Shown here: positions 22,841-36,045 of the stretch, piece after piece | Numbering within the stretch: position 1 is the first letter of the stretch | How the letters are laid out: every line of letters begins with the position of its first letter | NCBI GenBank assembly: GCA_003427395.1 | Contig: BFEA01000002.1 | Span: 9,227,093-9,291,092 of the forward strand | From: Chara braunii | Taxonomy: Eukaryota; Plantae; Charophyceae | DNA length: 64,000 nucleotides | Reading direction: 5' to 3' | The notes under the pieces: generated by a model | What the model saw: only the letters and a program-made list of their open reading frames with translations | Databases searched by the model: none | Told to the model about the DNA's origin: nothing | Made by a program: the position numbers and the translations under genes

Positions 22841-24889
22841 GATAGGGAGCAGTAGTAGGGCCGCCCGTTTTTAGCCCGCACAACGTGTGGCGGGACTCGA
22901 ACCCGTGACCTTGGTATCAGAGCTAGTTACAGTTAGAACCCGTTGAGACAAATGACACAACAGGGGAGTTAGTAACTGAGTCTTTTTTTTTTCTTTTATT
23001 TATTTTCGTTATTTAGTTAGATCCGGTTTCTTTTATTTATTTATTTCGTTATTTTGTTAGATCCGTTTTTCTTCTGTTTTGTATTCTTTTTTTTCTTCTC
23101 GGTTATCCGCTCCCCTAGGTGATTTTTCATATATTTACATTACTGAATCTGTCTCCGAAAGCGGACAGATTCAGTGAAAAGTGAGTCAAGGGGTTCTGCA
23201 GCAGGAGCCCTTGCGATCTTGATCGCGCTGGAACCGTGTGACCGCGAGAGGCTCGAAAGAAGGGAAGTCGCCATCACGAGTCGGAGGAGCAATCGGAAGA
23301 GTACCTCACGGGATAGCGCAAGCCGGCCGAGAGTGCGTGCGGGGAAGAAAAGCATGCGAAGGCAGAATGGGAGCACGACGGGAAGCGGGAAGCAGAGGAG
23401 GAACGAAGCAAGGAAGAAGAAGTCACGCGGACGAAAGAGGCACACACGGGGGGGGGAAAGAACGCGGAGGAGAGCATGCAGACATCGCGCGGAGGGAGAA
23501 AAGGGTCGCACGAAGTAAAACAGGAAGAACGCTCGAATGGAGGAAGGGAAAAAGGGGCCGCAAGAAGGAGGAGGAGGACGAGAAGAAGAAGAAGAAGGAG
23601 AAGAGGAAGACGAAGAAGGAGAAGGAGAAAAAGAAGGGAAAGGAAGTAGACCAAAGAAGGAGAAGAAGAAGAAGAAGAAGAGGGGAGAGGGATGGTCACC
23701 GGGCCGTGCATACGCTGCTTACCTTATGAGAGGGTGGAGATTCGTGGGATGCGGGATGCTTTCGCCGAAAGCGCAGTGAGTTTGGCTTGCCATCTGTCTG
23801 GCTTGTTGGCATGCGAGCATGTGCCTGTCTTATCCCCTGCGTTGTTGTCTTCGAGTGTTGCGCATCGTGGCGGGCAGTGTTGCAACGACGACGACGAAGA
23901 ACAAGAACAGGTAAGTCTTCCAATCCCGCGGCTACCCCACTCTACCTCCATTGATTGGACAAGCAAAATCGAAAGAATCTACCGCTAGACTATGGAGATA
24001 TACATAACTACATGTGTGTATATGTGTGTGTGTGTGTGGGTGTGTGTGTATGTGTGTGAAGGAGGGAGAGGGAGTTTAGAGAGAGAGTGGCAGGGGTTTA
24101 CCTGTTTCGTTCACGGATGCCTTAGCAATGGTAAAGCAATCTCACCTAAAACAAGAGGGCTGCAGATTCGTAAGTGTATCCGGCTGGAAAGGTAGATAGT
24201 ATACGTTGACGACGTCATTATTATTATTATTATATTTATTATTATTATTATTATATTTATTATTATTATTATTATTATTATATTTATTATTATTATTATT
24301 TTTGGTAGTTGTTATTATTACTGTAGTTATTATTATTACGACTATTATGGCGATCCTACCGCGGCTACGAAGAGGATGAGGGAAATCGATCGAATATTTC
24401 ACATGAACGTCGAGATATTTACTGCTACAAGTATATGTGTGAGAGAGAGAGAGAGAGAAAGAGGGAAAAAAAGGGGGCGCATGGTGGTCCTTGAGTGCAA
24501 GTGGCATCTGTGTATTGGGGAACGAGGTTGTGAGTGAGGCGAGAGACATACCTGCTGCTGGAAGCGTGCCACATTGGTCGTTGTATGCTTGTACTTCGGG
24601 ACAATTGTTGACGTCATCATTTGGCACTGTAGTATAGGCTAGATAGGATCTGCCATCTGTAGTCTGGTCGCCGAGCGCCAGATAGGATATCAACATCGGT
24701 TCTTCATTGATGATGATGATGAGACTTCACCAGCATTGTCAATTTTTGAGCTCTTGGTATCTCCTTATTTGGTGAAACTTGTGCTGCAAATTTTGTTGTT
24801 GGTTCGGGGTCACAACTATCTGGTCTTGTGTATATAGTGCTGTTTGATTACTGAAGTTCGCTACTGATCATCATCCTTGCCAATTGTTA

Positions 24890-24928
<39 letters not shown>

Positions 24929-27924
24929 GTGGTAGAAGTAGTAAAATCAGACTTGCTTTCATTCACACTTTACATACATGCGAACAGTAGCGCAACAAAC
25001 TGGCGACATGCGCCCACTCAAAACTCAGAGATGTGGCAACCCAAATATGAGTTCACTTCCAATGGCTATGGCGATATAACGCCCATGCAACTCTCTGTTC
25101 ACATACAGTGGATCACCCTCAATATCCCACATGCGTCTTTCTGAACACTCGTACACACACACTGAGCTCTAACTACGACTATGGCAGATATGTCGCTGCT
25201 ATGGCCAAGCTGCTTCTTCTTGCCCACTTCGACTTCGAGCTCACTGCAGACCACCCCGCTCAAGTCGCTGTAGCAGCGCCTCCGCATGGCTCACGTGGGA
25301 ATGAACGAATGACTGGGCGCTGCCTTTTGAGTTATACTTTTGTAGCCCGATAGTTTGACCCTTTCACATGCCCGTAGTGCACACAGTCCCATGCGGTACT
25401 TGCTTGATTGAACTAGAACTGATTGAGACTAGGACTGTTGACTCAGCACGGGTAGACTCCACCACTTCCCCGCTTGCCTGAGGTCTGCCGTGAGCAATGG
25501 GTGAAGCGCCACTCCCGGATCTTCCGGAAGTCTGCAACTTGGGCCCATTGACACTATAGCAGCTACAGCCTTGACCTTCCAGGACTGTAGCAGCTACGAC
25601 CTTGACCCCTACGGGACAGACCTACGGTTCGAGACCCGACAACTACACTGGTCAACAACATACAGGCACAGAAACAGGTAAACACAGTGAGAGAAAAGGG
25701 ACAAAAAAAGATACATATGCAGACACGCAATCAGATAAGCACAGACAACAGACAGACAAAAGCCAGACCAAATCAAACCAGCAGCCTGATACAGGCAACC
25801 AGACAAACAAGCGACGGACATGCAGATCAGACACAGGTGACCCCGCAGACACAAAGACGGACAGGCAAGCAGACACAAGACCGCAAACTGACAGACAAAA
25901 CGGACAGACAGTCTGCTGAGTGGATCACTTGACTGGTGGATAAGGGCTCACCACCTTACCCATGGATGTGTGCTTGAGTGTGTATATGAGAAAGAGAGTA
26001 TGAGAGTAAGAAAACGAGACGCAGATAGGCAATACACAGCGAAGAGACAGATAGACAGATATACACAGACCGACACAGACAGACAGAACAGACAAAGACT
26101 GAGATAAACAGACCAAGACAGACAGAATCTGACAAACAAAACAGGGTTGGACAGACATAACGGACGAACACAGGCTAATAGGCAAACAGACGGACAAACA
26201 CAAACAGACTGACGTATACACAGAGAATAGTATATAGAGAGAGACTTACCTGCCTGCAACCCGCAAAGGTCGACGTTTGCATATACTTCAGTTTTGCTGC
26301 GGGCGTCAGCAACTACATTGTCAATTCATAGATTGGTAGTAGTTGTACGGTAGTAGTCTGGGCGCCGAGCACCAAATAGAAGCGAGACCTTGGATACTTA
26401 TGTTGATAATGGCAAGGGCAGGCACTCTTTATCGATCGGATTCAACTTTCTGGTTCTCCATTCGGTATAATGTTGGTGCGGTTCTGCTTTCTGGACAGTA
26501 ACGGACTTTCTGGTTTTCAGTATGATTCTGCAAATCTGTCATTTCGTCACAACCCAATTCCTTACATTATTGTTATTATCACTGTTATTATTTTTTATTA
26601 TTATTATTACTATTGTTATTATTATTATTGTTATTATTATTATTGTTATTATTATTATTGTTATTATTGTTGTTGTGGCTTCGGTAGTTTGTGATACCCA
26701 GCAAGCCTCGCACCCGCCCTGAGTGAATGCAAGCCTGAGTATCCGCGAGAGGGGCCTATCTCGACATCTTTCAATGCAGGTCTCAGACAATGCTGCAAGC
26801 CGGTTGGTTGAAATCCAGCCGGGGTCTCAACCCGGGGGTTCTTCCAAGGAAAAGCAGCTGCATCAGGCAGCTGAGCCCAGTACGCGGGATGTTGTGCCTT
26901 GGGCACATGCGGCATGAGGTCAGCATGGTAAGAAGGGTCGCGGGTCACGGGGAAAAGCGGCATTGTCACCATATCCACGCGCAGGCACGAGGACCAGCAA
27001 GAGTGCGCCCACATGGTCTTGCGAACAGGCAAGACATTGAACATGCGCGGTTCTAGAGGTACGCATGCGGAACAGCGACGGGGTGCTATGACTAGGGTTG
27101 TGTGGCGAAAGTAAAAAGGGTGCATGTGGACTAAAACGAAGGTGCTGTTAGGGAGGAAAGGAGTAGGAGGTGTGAAGAGGAAGAAAAAGAGGGAGAAAAT
27201 GAAAAAAGAAATAAAGAAAAGGAGAAGTGAAAGAGAAGGAAGTGACAAGATCCGACCCCTTTTGCTGTTATTGTTGCTATCATTTATTATTGTTATTTTT
27301 ATTATTATTATTTATCATTATTATTATTATTGTTATTTACTTTCGCCAATTGATATTATTGAATATCATGGGCCAGAGGCAAAGAGAATGTGAGGCATTG
27401 GAGGGGAGAAAGACATATTTATTTGAGATGATGCCTACCTCCTCTATCCACCCCCGTTTCTTCTCTTTGATTGACCCTCTCAGCCGCCTGTCTCCCCGAC
27501 TGTGAGAGTTTATTAAGGCCTTTCCACTGAATTGACCTAGGTTATTTCTAAAATTAAATCCTGGACGGACGAATGGAGTAACTAGACGAGGGCGATTGCG
27601 GAAGCTCTGTCAAAGTTCAGGAGAAACTCTGGAGGCAAGGAACCATGAGGTACGCGTCACCTAACCCTTTCCCATATACCCTTACAGACTACGCCCTTCT
27701 AGTGCACTGCCTGTATGGCTATGTGATATATTGTTTGTATATTCTTCATGACCAAGATAATAAAAATGAAAAAAAAATGTATGATTGGAATAAGAATCCT
27801 GCCTGGTGAAAGGAAAGGAACCTAGACTGTTTGGGCTTGAAGAACAAAGCAGGACGATGGAGGCTCATGTGTGAGCCGTCGTGCTACTTATGTATGCGCT
27901 AACTTGACTAAGGGTTGGCTATGA

Positions 27925-28775
27925 GGTACTCATGTGTGAGTTACCTTGCTCTCTACCGGATCGACTGTTGTCGTGACGGGAAGAGGGTTCTGACATTGAC
28001 TTATGAATTAACTTAGGTACTCATGTGTGAGATACCTTGTTATTTGCCTAATCGACTGTCCTCGTGATGGGCAGAGGTACCTGACAATAACTTATGAACT
28101 AAATTAGGTACTCTCTACCGTAACGATTGTCGTCGTGACGGAAAGAGGTATTTGACTATAGCTTATGGACTAAATTAGGTACTCTCTACCGTAACGATTG
28201 TCGTCGTGACGGGCGGAGGTACCTGACAGTAACTTATGAACTAAATTAGGTACTCTCTACTGGATCGGCTATCGTCGTGACGGGAAGAGGTATCTGACAA
28301 TAACTTATTAACTAAATTCGATACTCTCTATTGGATCGACTGTCGTCGTGACGGGAAGAGGTATCTGACAATAACTTATAAACTAAATTAGGTACTCTCT
28401 ACCGTAACGATTGTCGCCGTGACGGGAGGAGNNNNNNNNNNNNNNNNNNNNNNNNNNNNNNNNNNNNNNNNNNNNNNNNNNNNNNNNNNNNNNNNNNNNN
28501 NNNNNNNNNNNNNNNNNNNNNNNNNNNNNNNNNNNNNNNNNNNNNNNATAACCTATGAACTAAACTAGGTACTCTGTACCGTAACGACTGTCGTCGTGAC
28601 GGGAAGAGGTATCTGATAATAACCTATGATCTAAATTAGGTGCTCTCTACCGGCTGTCGTCATGACGGGCAGAGGTGTTTGACTCTAACTTATGAACTAA
28701 ATTAGGTACTAATGTGTGAGTTACCTTACTAACTACCAGATCGACTGTCGTCGTGATCGAAATAGGTGTCTGACA
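27925..28775 (+). repeat. 71-bp tandem array in A2 (interrupted by N gap 28432-28547)
   Basis: CTCTCTA starts at 28111, 28182, 28253, 28324 and 28395, an exact 71-bp period. Confidence 0.95.
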
Positions 28776-30913
28776 TTTAGAAATAATAAAGGGATGCGCT
28801 TGTGCGGGTCGCCTTGTTAGCCTACCGGACCAGTCTCCGAAGGTGGTAGAAAACCCATGTATGGGTTGGAAACTTTCTCTTTGAGGCTGGGACGATTGAC
28901 ATAAGCAGAAGGTGGCGGTATTCCTGTGTGTGCTACCTCACCACCTTCAAGTTGATTAACTAGGATCTGCTTGTTGTGAAAAGTGAACTCAGGGAATCTT
29001 CGTACTAACTTTTTTTCTTATTAACGTCTTAGGAAGTTTTGGTCGGTGCACTTACTCAAGGTTTAGTAGGGGGCTCCAGGAAGGGTCATCCTATTAACAC
29101 GCTTGAGTCTAAGGCTGGCTAACAACCTGCAAAGAGTAGGAAATCACATTGCTACTTTTTCTTTCTTATCTTATTCACCCTCAGGCAGTTCGACCACCAG
29201 ACCGGTAATAGGGAGGTTTCTGTAGGAGTCATCCTATTACTTGTTTGAAGGATGGACTACTCACTAACCAAGGAAGTAGTAGGGGAACCTCTGTTGGGGT
29301 CTGCCTATTACCTACTTGATTTTGATAATAGCTTACAAGGGGGAAGGGTGCTCCTGTAGGAATACCCTAAACACTCGTCTTCTGTCCAAACTAACCCGGT
29401 CTCAGGACGGTCGACTTCGGAAGGACAATAGGATACCCTTATCAGGATTATCCTAATGCTCTCATGAAGTGGACCTTGTCACGTGATAGTAGGGGGTCCT
29501 TGTGCGGGTCGCATATTATTCACTCGGCTCATTAATAACCTCTGGGAGGGGGTTGACATCCAGGTCTTTCAGAAGGATATCTAAAGCAAGTAGTAGGGTG
29601 CTTTTGTAGGAGCCTCAACTATTTGTTGAAGGAAGAATGCTCATGTGTGAGTTATCCTGCTACTCTGATTAGATCATGTGGGGCTAAAAAGGGGGATCAA
29701 ATACTCATGTGCGACTTACTCACCTGTCTGTTCGACTAACAGATTGCTTGGTATTGACCAAGTAGCAGAAAATTCATGTCTGAATTAATCTACTACTTGA
29801 GTATGTCAGGACAAATTGAAGAGAAAGGAAAAAACAATGTTTCTGTTGGAGCAAGGTCTTCACCTATCTAGGAAACGAAACAAGGAAAGAAGATAGGATC
29901 GCGGAAAAAAGAATACTAGTAAGATAAGAACTGCCGCGAGGGCCGTGTCCGTTTATGGCTTTCGAGTGGGAGGCCACAACGACAAAAGAGTTAAAACTCT
30001 ATTACATAAGCACCAAGGGGTGTGCTTGTTTCAAAAGAGAGAGAATGGAAAGACTGAGAGTAGAGTAAACATGAGATTCCCTAAAGACGACTTAGGATAC
30101 AGGCATGAGACTCCTTGAGAGAAAGGAGAGAGTGACAGACGACATAGGGTAGGGTTGTGAGAGTAAAACTAGGGATAGACCAGGGATGTCGATCCCAAAG
30201 CTCACTACCCATGTTTAAGGGCTTGACCCTTAGATATCAATATGTGGGAAATCGAGTGGGGGTGTTGAATCTTTGTTGACATGTGTGTGTGCAGGTCCCT
30301 GTTTATCTACCAGATTTCAAGGAAGAGGTTCTACAGAAAGTACCCAAATTTTTTGTTATCTCTCGATAATAGGTTGGTTGTTACCGATTCAACTTTTCCC
30401 CTTTAACTTGATACCCACCTCTAAAGTCAAACCCTGTGGTCAGTAAAACTGTCACCTGTGGTCATTACCTAAATGGTCCTGGTCACTCTCAAAGGTTCTT
30501 TGTAGAAATGTGAGGGGGTTGGGCTACATCTCAGGAAAGACAAGGTTGTAATACCTGGTTTGGGAAGTGAGGAACAAGGTCAATGGTTGATTGTTGACGC
30601 CGTTAGTGCATGGCATGTGAACTGTCTTTGCATTATTCTGTGGAGGTCTGTTTTGTGCGTGATCTTGGATTGAACTGGACCTGATCTGCTGAAGAGTTTC
30701 GGACACACAACACTTGTGAAAGTGAGAAGAGTTCCCGACGGTAATAACCCTATCCTCATTATTTGTCTTGTATAACTTCTATATTATCTGATATTCAGTT
30801 AAGTCATGGTCTGTTAAGAAAGATAGGATTCTCTTTGGTAAAAAGATGATTTGATTGATATTGGTCAAGAGAATAACACATTACGCAGTAGCGGAAATAG
30901 ACTGTCTGTTAAA

Positions 30914-31271
30914 AGTTCGACCTGAATATCTAACGGGTAAGTCATAGGCGTCTTATCGCTCGTACCTCATTTTATGCTACAGCGATTGAGCAAACGCCCT
31001 CGGCCGATCTACCTTTACAAAGGTATGTAAAAGCCTTCGCATGTGGGCCGGTAGCTCAGCAGGGATACGCCTACCTGAGGGTGGTGACAGCCCCTCGGGT
31101 AGAGGTAAGTTGTACCTCGCGGCTCCCCGACCTGTCGTGGGGCGTCGTGAGAGGTATAGCCGGCGCGTACGGTCGGAGTGGTGACTTGTTGTCTCTTCAA
31201 GAATAATTCCTGCGTGACACGACCGTGAGGTTCAGCGCTCCCAGCGGGATGCGAGACCGCTGCGCGCGACA
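30914..31271 (+). ncRNA. Putative structured RNA module at element right end (copy 5, A2)
   Basis: TACCTGAGGG-TG[GTGA]CAG-CCCCTCGGGTA and the same downstream stems as copy 3. Confidence 0.65.
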
Positions 31272-32536
31272 GTGAGCTGGCGTTTTGGTGGAAGAAGTCC
31301 ACCAATAGGAGATCGAGTTTGGTGAGTGGTGGAGCGACGCCGAAAATCGTGGTTGGCATATAAGAACTATCATGTTGGAGACTTATAAGAGTGTGACCGA
31401 TTGTTGATGAAATGCCCAGGAGAACTATCAGATGTTTTTATGCCCATAACGTGAAAAAATGTTATGGTCGCCCCCTCTCGTTTTTTTTTCTCTTCAAGTC
31501 TCGCTCGGGAAGTCTATTATGGGTGACAAGAATATCCCCGCTACCCTGCCTTAGAGAGCTCCATCCATGGGTGTGGAGCAGCATCTGCTGAGCACCTGCT
31601 GGAAATTGAGTCCTCCCTTTGAAATCACCGACCACGACTATAATTGTTCGTGTAATTCTGTTTCGAAAATGACGATGGTGAGTGAAAATATTAGTTTCTC
31701 CAAGTCCAGCACCCCTCACTCCAGCGAAGTTTTTAACGGAATGGAAACGAGTTTTCAACAACGTGGATACCAATGACGTGGAATGCATGCAAAAAACAAA
31801 GAAGTGGGGAGAATATTGAAGGAAACACATGTTATAGTCGTGATGCGAGAGACAAAGGCGAAGTTACGCAAATAGAAAGGCATGTGAACGATTATACACA
31901 GCGACATACAAGTACAGAAGATGGTCGGGCGTCGTCCATACATTGCGAAGTTCATGAGAAGCTAGAAAGGGAGGAAGATACGGACGAGGAGGAATGCGAG
32001 GACGAAAACAAGGGAGATGATTATGACCTTGTTTCAAGTGAATTAGATGAATATGACAATCATTGCAATAAAGGAAGTGTTGAAGACAATAAACATAACA
32101 CTCGGACCTTCACACACAAAAAAGTAATGAGTAAGAAATGCGACGAAGTGATTGTAACAACGTGCAAGGCTAGCATTGAAAAAGTGATGATTTGATCTCT
32201 TTCGATCGAGATAAAACTGTTATAACGAGTTAAAAAAATATATGAGAATGTCAGTATTGTATAATAAAAAAGAAGGAAAAAACGACGATTTGCATAAACA
32301 ATGATTATATATTTGTGGATATTTTTTGTGATAGCGAAGATGTCATTGCGGATGAAAGGTTGTAAGATGTGGTTCATACTCCTCTTTAGGCTTCCGATAC
32401 AAATAGGAAAGAAATGTGAGACATAAATATTATGAAAGTTCAAAGGTGTGTATATGCGCTTATAAAATATCGGGTTTAAATTTGTCGATCGATCGTTTGA
32501 AAGAGAGAGAGAGAGAGCAAGAAAGAGAGAGAGAGA

Positions 32537-32655
32537 TGTTGTAAAGGTGGTTATACTCTGGAGACTCATGCGGTATTGTATGGGAAGGAAGCGTAACCAC
32601 CTTTACGACAGATTGTTCCTTATACCCCCCCCTCCCCACACACACATCCAAGTAG

Positions 32656-32689
<34 letters not shown>

Positions 32690-33276
32690 ACACACACACA
32701 TGCACACGCACACACACGCACACACACACACACACACACCCACACATACAAAGAGAGATGTTGTGAGGGTGGTTAACACACACACACACACACACACACA
32801 CTATGACATTAAAAAAAAATGCTAAGGTGGTTATGCTATCGACACTTTTGTGGTATCGTATGGGAATGGAAGATAACCACTCTCACAACAGATTGTTCAA
32901 CTTACATACGCACACACAGGGAAATGTTGTAAGAGTGGTTATGTTTTCAGCACTTTTGTAATGGCTAACAGGAAGTGAGAATGATCACCTTTATGACGTT
33001 TATTCCTCTTCTAAACGACACACACACATTCACACACAGACATGTCGTAAAGGTCGTCATGTTTTCAACACTTTCGTGGTGGAGAACGGGAAGGGAGTAT
33101 GCCTACCTTTACGACATTTATTCCTCCTCTCAATGAGAGAGAGAGAGAGTCATTGTAAATGTGGTCATGTTCTCGATATATTTGCGATGGTAGACGAGAA
33201 GAGAGCATGACCATCTTTATGACGTTTATTCCTCCTCACAATGAAACATAAGTACAAATATACACACACACGTGTG

Positions 33277-33338
<62 letters not shown>

Positions 33339-34032
33339 GTCGTAAAGGTGGTTATGCTTTCGACACTTTTAAGGTAGCGAACGTGAAGGGAGAATGACCA
33401 TTTTTACAACGTGTATTCCTCCTTTCAATGAGAGAGAGAGAGAGATGTTGTAAAGGTGGTCATGCTCTCGACACATTTGTGGGGTGGAACATTAGGGGGG
33501 GCATAACCAGCTTTACAACCTTAACTCCTCCTCTCAATGACACAGGTACACACATATACAGAGACGTGGCGTAATGGCAGTGGCAAACGACAAGATATCA
33601 TGACCGCCTTTACGACGTTTATTCCTCCCCTCAATGTGTAAATACGTGTGTGTGTGCATACGTGTGTGTGCATATGTGTGTGTGTGTGAGAGAGAGAGAG
33701 AGACAGAGACAAAGAAACAAACACGTTGTAAAGGTGGTCATGCTCTCGAAACATTTACGGTGGCGACTGGGAAGGGAGCATGACCATCTATCTGAAATCT
33801 ATTACTCCTCTCAATGACACAAACATACACACACAACCACACGCACACGCACACACACACACACATACATACACATACGCACACACAAATATATACACAC
33901 ACACACTCACATACACACATACACACACAAACACAAAGATATCATAACGGTGGTCATGCTCTCTACATTTTTGCGGGGGTGAATATAAAGGGAGCATGAC
34001 CACCTTCAAGACGTGTATTACCCCTCTCAATT
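32537..34032 (+). repeat. Tandem cluster of ~74-nt hairpin units separated by (CA)n/(GA)n spacers (9 near-full + 2 partial)
   Basis: Arms GTYGTAAAGGTGGTYATGCTYT / RGAGCATGACCACCTTTACGAC, followed in most units by TTTATTCCTCCTCTCAATGA. Starts near 32537, 32759 (partial), 32819, 32925, 33043, 33151, 33338, 33446, 33564 (partial), 33724 and 33940. Confidence 0.85.
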
Positions 34033-34253
34033 ACACACACAACGATGGGGAGAGAGAGACAGAGAGAGGGGAAAAACAAAAACCGTAATTGTGGACATGA
34101 AATGAATGACGATGAGGATGATAAAAATGAAGGGAGTGGTGAAAACTATAAAGAGAATTTTGCACACTTCGCAAAAGAGAAAGTCATAGGTACAACAAAT
34201 TGTGAAATGCTTCGAGTTTGTTGCCAATATTATAAAAATATGAAAGAAAAAAA

Positions 34254-34666
34254 CAACTGCAACTTGAAAGTTGTCCTTCAATTTGCGTTTCCCCTACGAT
34301 TTGTACGTTATTTACAAATTATTTAAAATCGTCATCATTACAATTGTATATATTTTTATGCAATTTTGTCTGTTGTAATTTGTGAGTGTATAACCATACG
34401 AAGAGCGAAAAATGACATGCGAACGAGGATAACAACATCATTAATCGCATTAATCACGAAATTCACATGCTACATTCGCACGAAAAATTATGAAGCAATT
34501 CATCCTCTGCGTGTCAAAACTTTTTGCTTATCTCGAGTCAAAGATGAGGACATGTATCCGTTAGTCGATACCTGTGGATACCTTAAGCAACCGCAACTTG
34601 AAAGTAGTCCTCCAATTTGCGTTTCTCCTATGATTTGTACGTTATTTACAAATTATTTAAAATCGA
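34254..34666. repeat. 334-bp tandem duplication; the second unit is split by element B and resumes at 43633-~43886
   Basis: CAACYGCAACTTGAAAG at 34254 and 34588; the sequence after 43632 matches 34329 onward. Confidence 0.9.
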
Positions 34667-35219
34667 TGTCGAGACAGAAACCCTGACAAGGGTATCTGCC
34701 CTGTATTTTCGATGTCGGACGAAGTCTGAATCTTGATGTAAGTTTGTGGGAATTGGTCTTATGAAAACGAGACGTGCTTATGGAAAGTTTAGAATCGTCC
34801 GCAATCTCTGACGAGATCGGAGGGATGCGCAGTCATGGAAAGAATAAAACTAGACCTATTCTACCCAAAATAATATCACAGTCGCGCGATTCAAGACTTA
34901 AGAGGGCTAAAAAGAGGTTTGCGCGGGGTATAGGGCCGCAACGCAGGCCGCGGGGTTTGACGTCGAGCCTTGGGGCCGATAGGCCAATGCCAAGACTTAA
35001 CCGGTTCGATGGCCGACCCAGCCGCGGCCACACGGCTAACTGGTATGGGTAGGCCACGGGCAGGTAAGCCGGCAGGCCACAGGCAGGGCAGCTCTGCTAA
35101 GCCACAGCCGGGGCAGGCCTGCTAGGCCACATACAGGCGGAGCCTACAAAACCGCAGGCATGGATGTTACCTGCGCTAAGCTCTTCATATTGAAGAGCAA
35201 CTCCTATTTTGTGTGAAAC

Positions 35220-35314
35220 AGGAACTAGCCCAGTAGGATAACGCACTCAACTCTCACCCTACTGATATGGGGATCAAATCTCACTCGTGGTACTGCCGGG
35301 CTAGCTCCTTTTTT
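35220..35314 (+). ncRNA. Putative Pol III small RNA, copy in B
   Basis: AGGAAC-TAGCCCAGTAGG (A box), GGGATCAAATCT (B-box-like), GGGCTAGCTCC pairing with the 5' end, then T6. Confidence 0.6.
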
Positions 35315-35436
35315 AGCTGCCCGTTTCTTTTAGAGGCGCGGTTTACCTCGACTGCCCGATCTGGAAGATCGCGCGGTCCAGATCGGTCGCGCGCAGATCA
35401 GCATGGCCCCTGCGCAACAGTAACACGCATAAATCG

Positions 35437-35484
<48 letters not shown>

Positions 35485-36005
35485 NNNNNNNNNNNNNNNN
35501 NNNNNNNNNNNNNNNNNNNNNNNNNNNNNNNNNNNNNNNNNNNNNNNNNNNNNNNNNNNNNNNNNNNNNNNNNNNNNNNNNNNNNNNNNNNNNNNNNNNN
35601 NNNNNNNNNNNNNNNNNNNNNNNNNNNNNNNNNNNNNNNNNNNNNNNNNNNNNNAAAAAAAAAAAAAAAAAAAAAAAGTAACGCGCCAGTTGACGCTGTA
35701 GGAGGGAGTTGGGTACTTACAGTCCCCAGGAGAAATAGCAGGCGCCCGTTGAAAACGGGCAGCCGTTTTCTTTGAATTTTTTTTTTCTTTTCTTTAGTTA
35801 ATTAGATTTTTTGTTTTTTCTCTTTCTTTAAATTTTCTTGTTAGATTTTGTTAGATTCTTTTTTTCTTTTTTCTTTCTGTACGAATGCCCGTTCGTTTCG
35901 AACGAACGGGAGATCAGACTGTTTCGTCGGATTCCCACCGACTCATCAGGGGGTTGGACCCCGACAGTCTGTATGCGCCTGAACCTGGCGCTAAGGGCGT
36001 CTAAG

Positions 36006-36045
<40 letters not shown>

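Larger units (their letters stand above)
22110..31271 (+). mobile_element. TGTCG...CGACA-family element, copy A2 (first ~17 bp missing)
   Basis: CGACACAACGTCGGC... matches A1 from ~7477 and stays colinear with A1; ends GCGCGCGACA|GTGA. Confidence 0.8.

Noticed and set aside
7461-31271. A1 and A2 as the two LTRs of a single retrotransposon
   Set aside because: They are clearly diverged, A1 has its own near-matching target flanks, and the interval has no PBS, PPT or gag-pol.
31773-32195. 140-aa acidic ORF
   Set aside because: Low-complexity D/E tract, no recognisable domain, non-ATG start, and partly repeated near 49315-49400.
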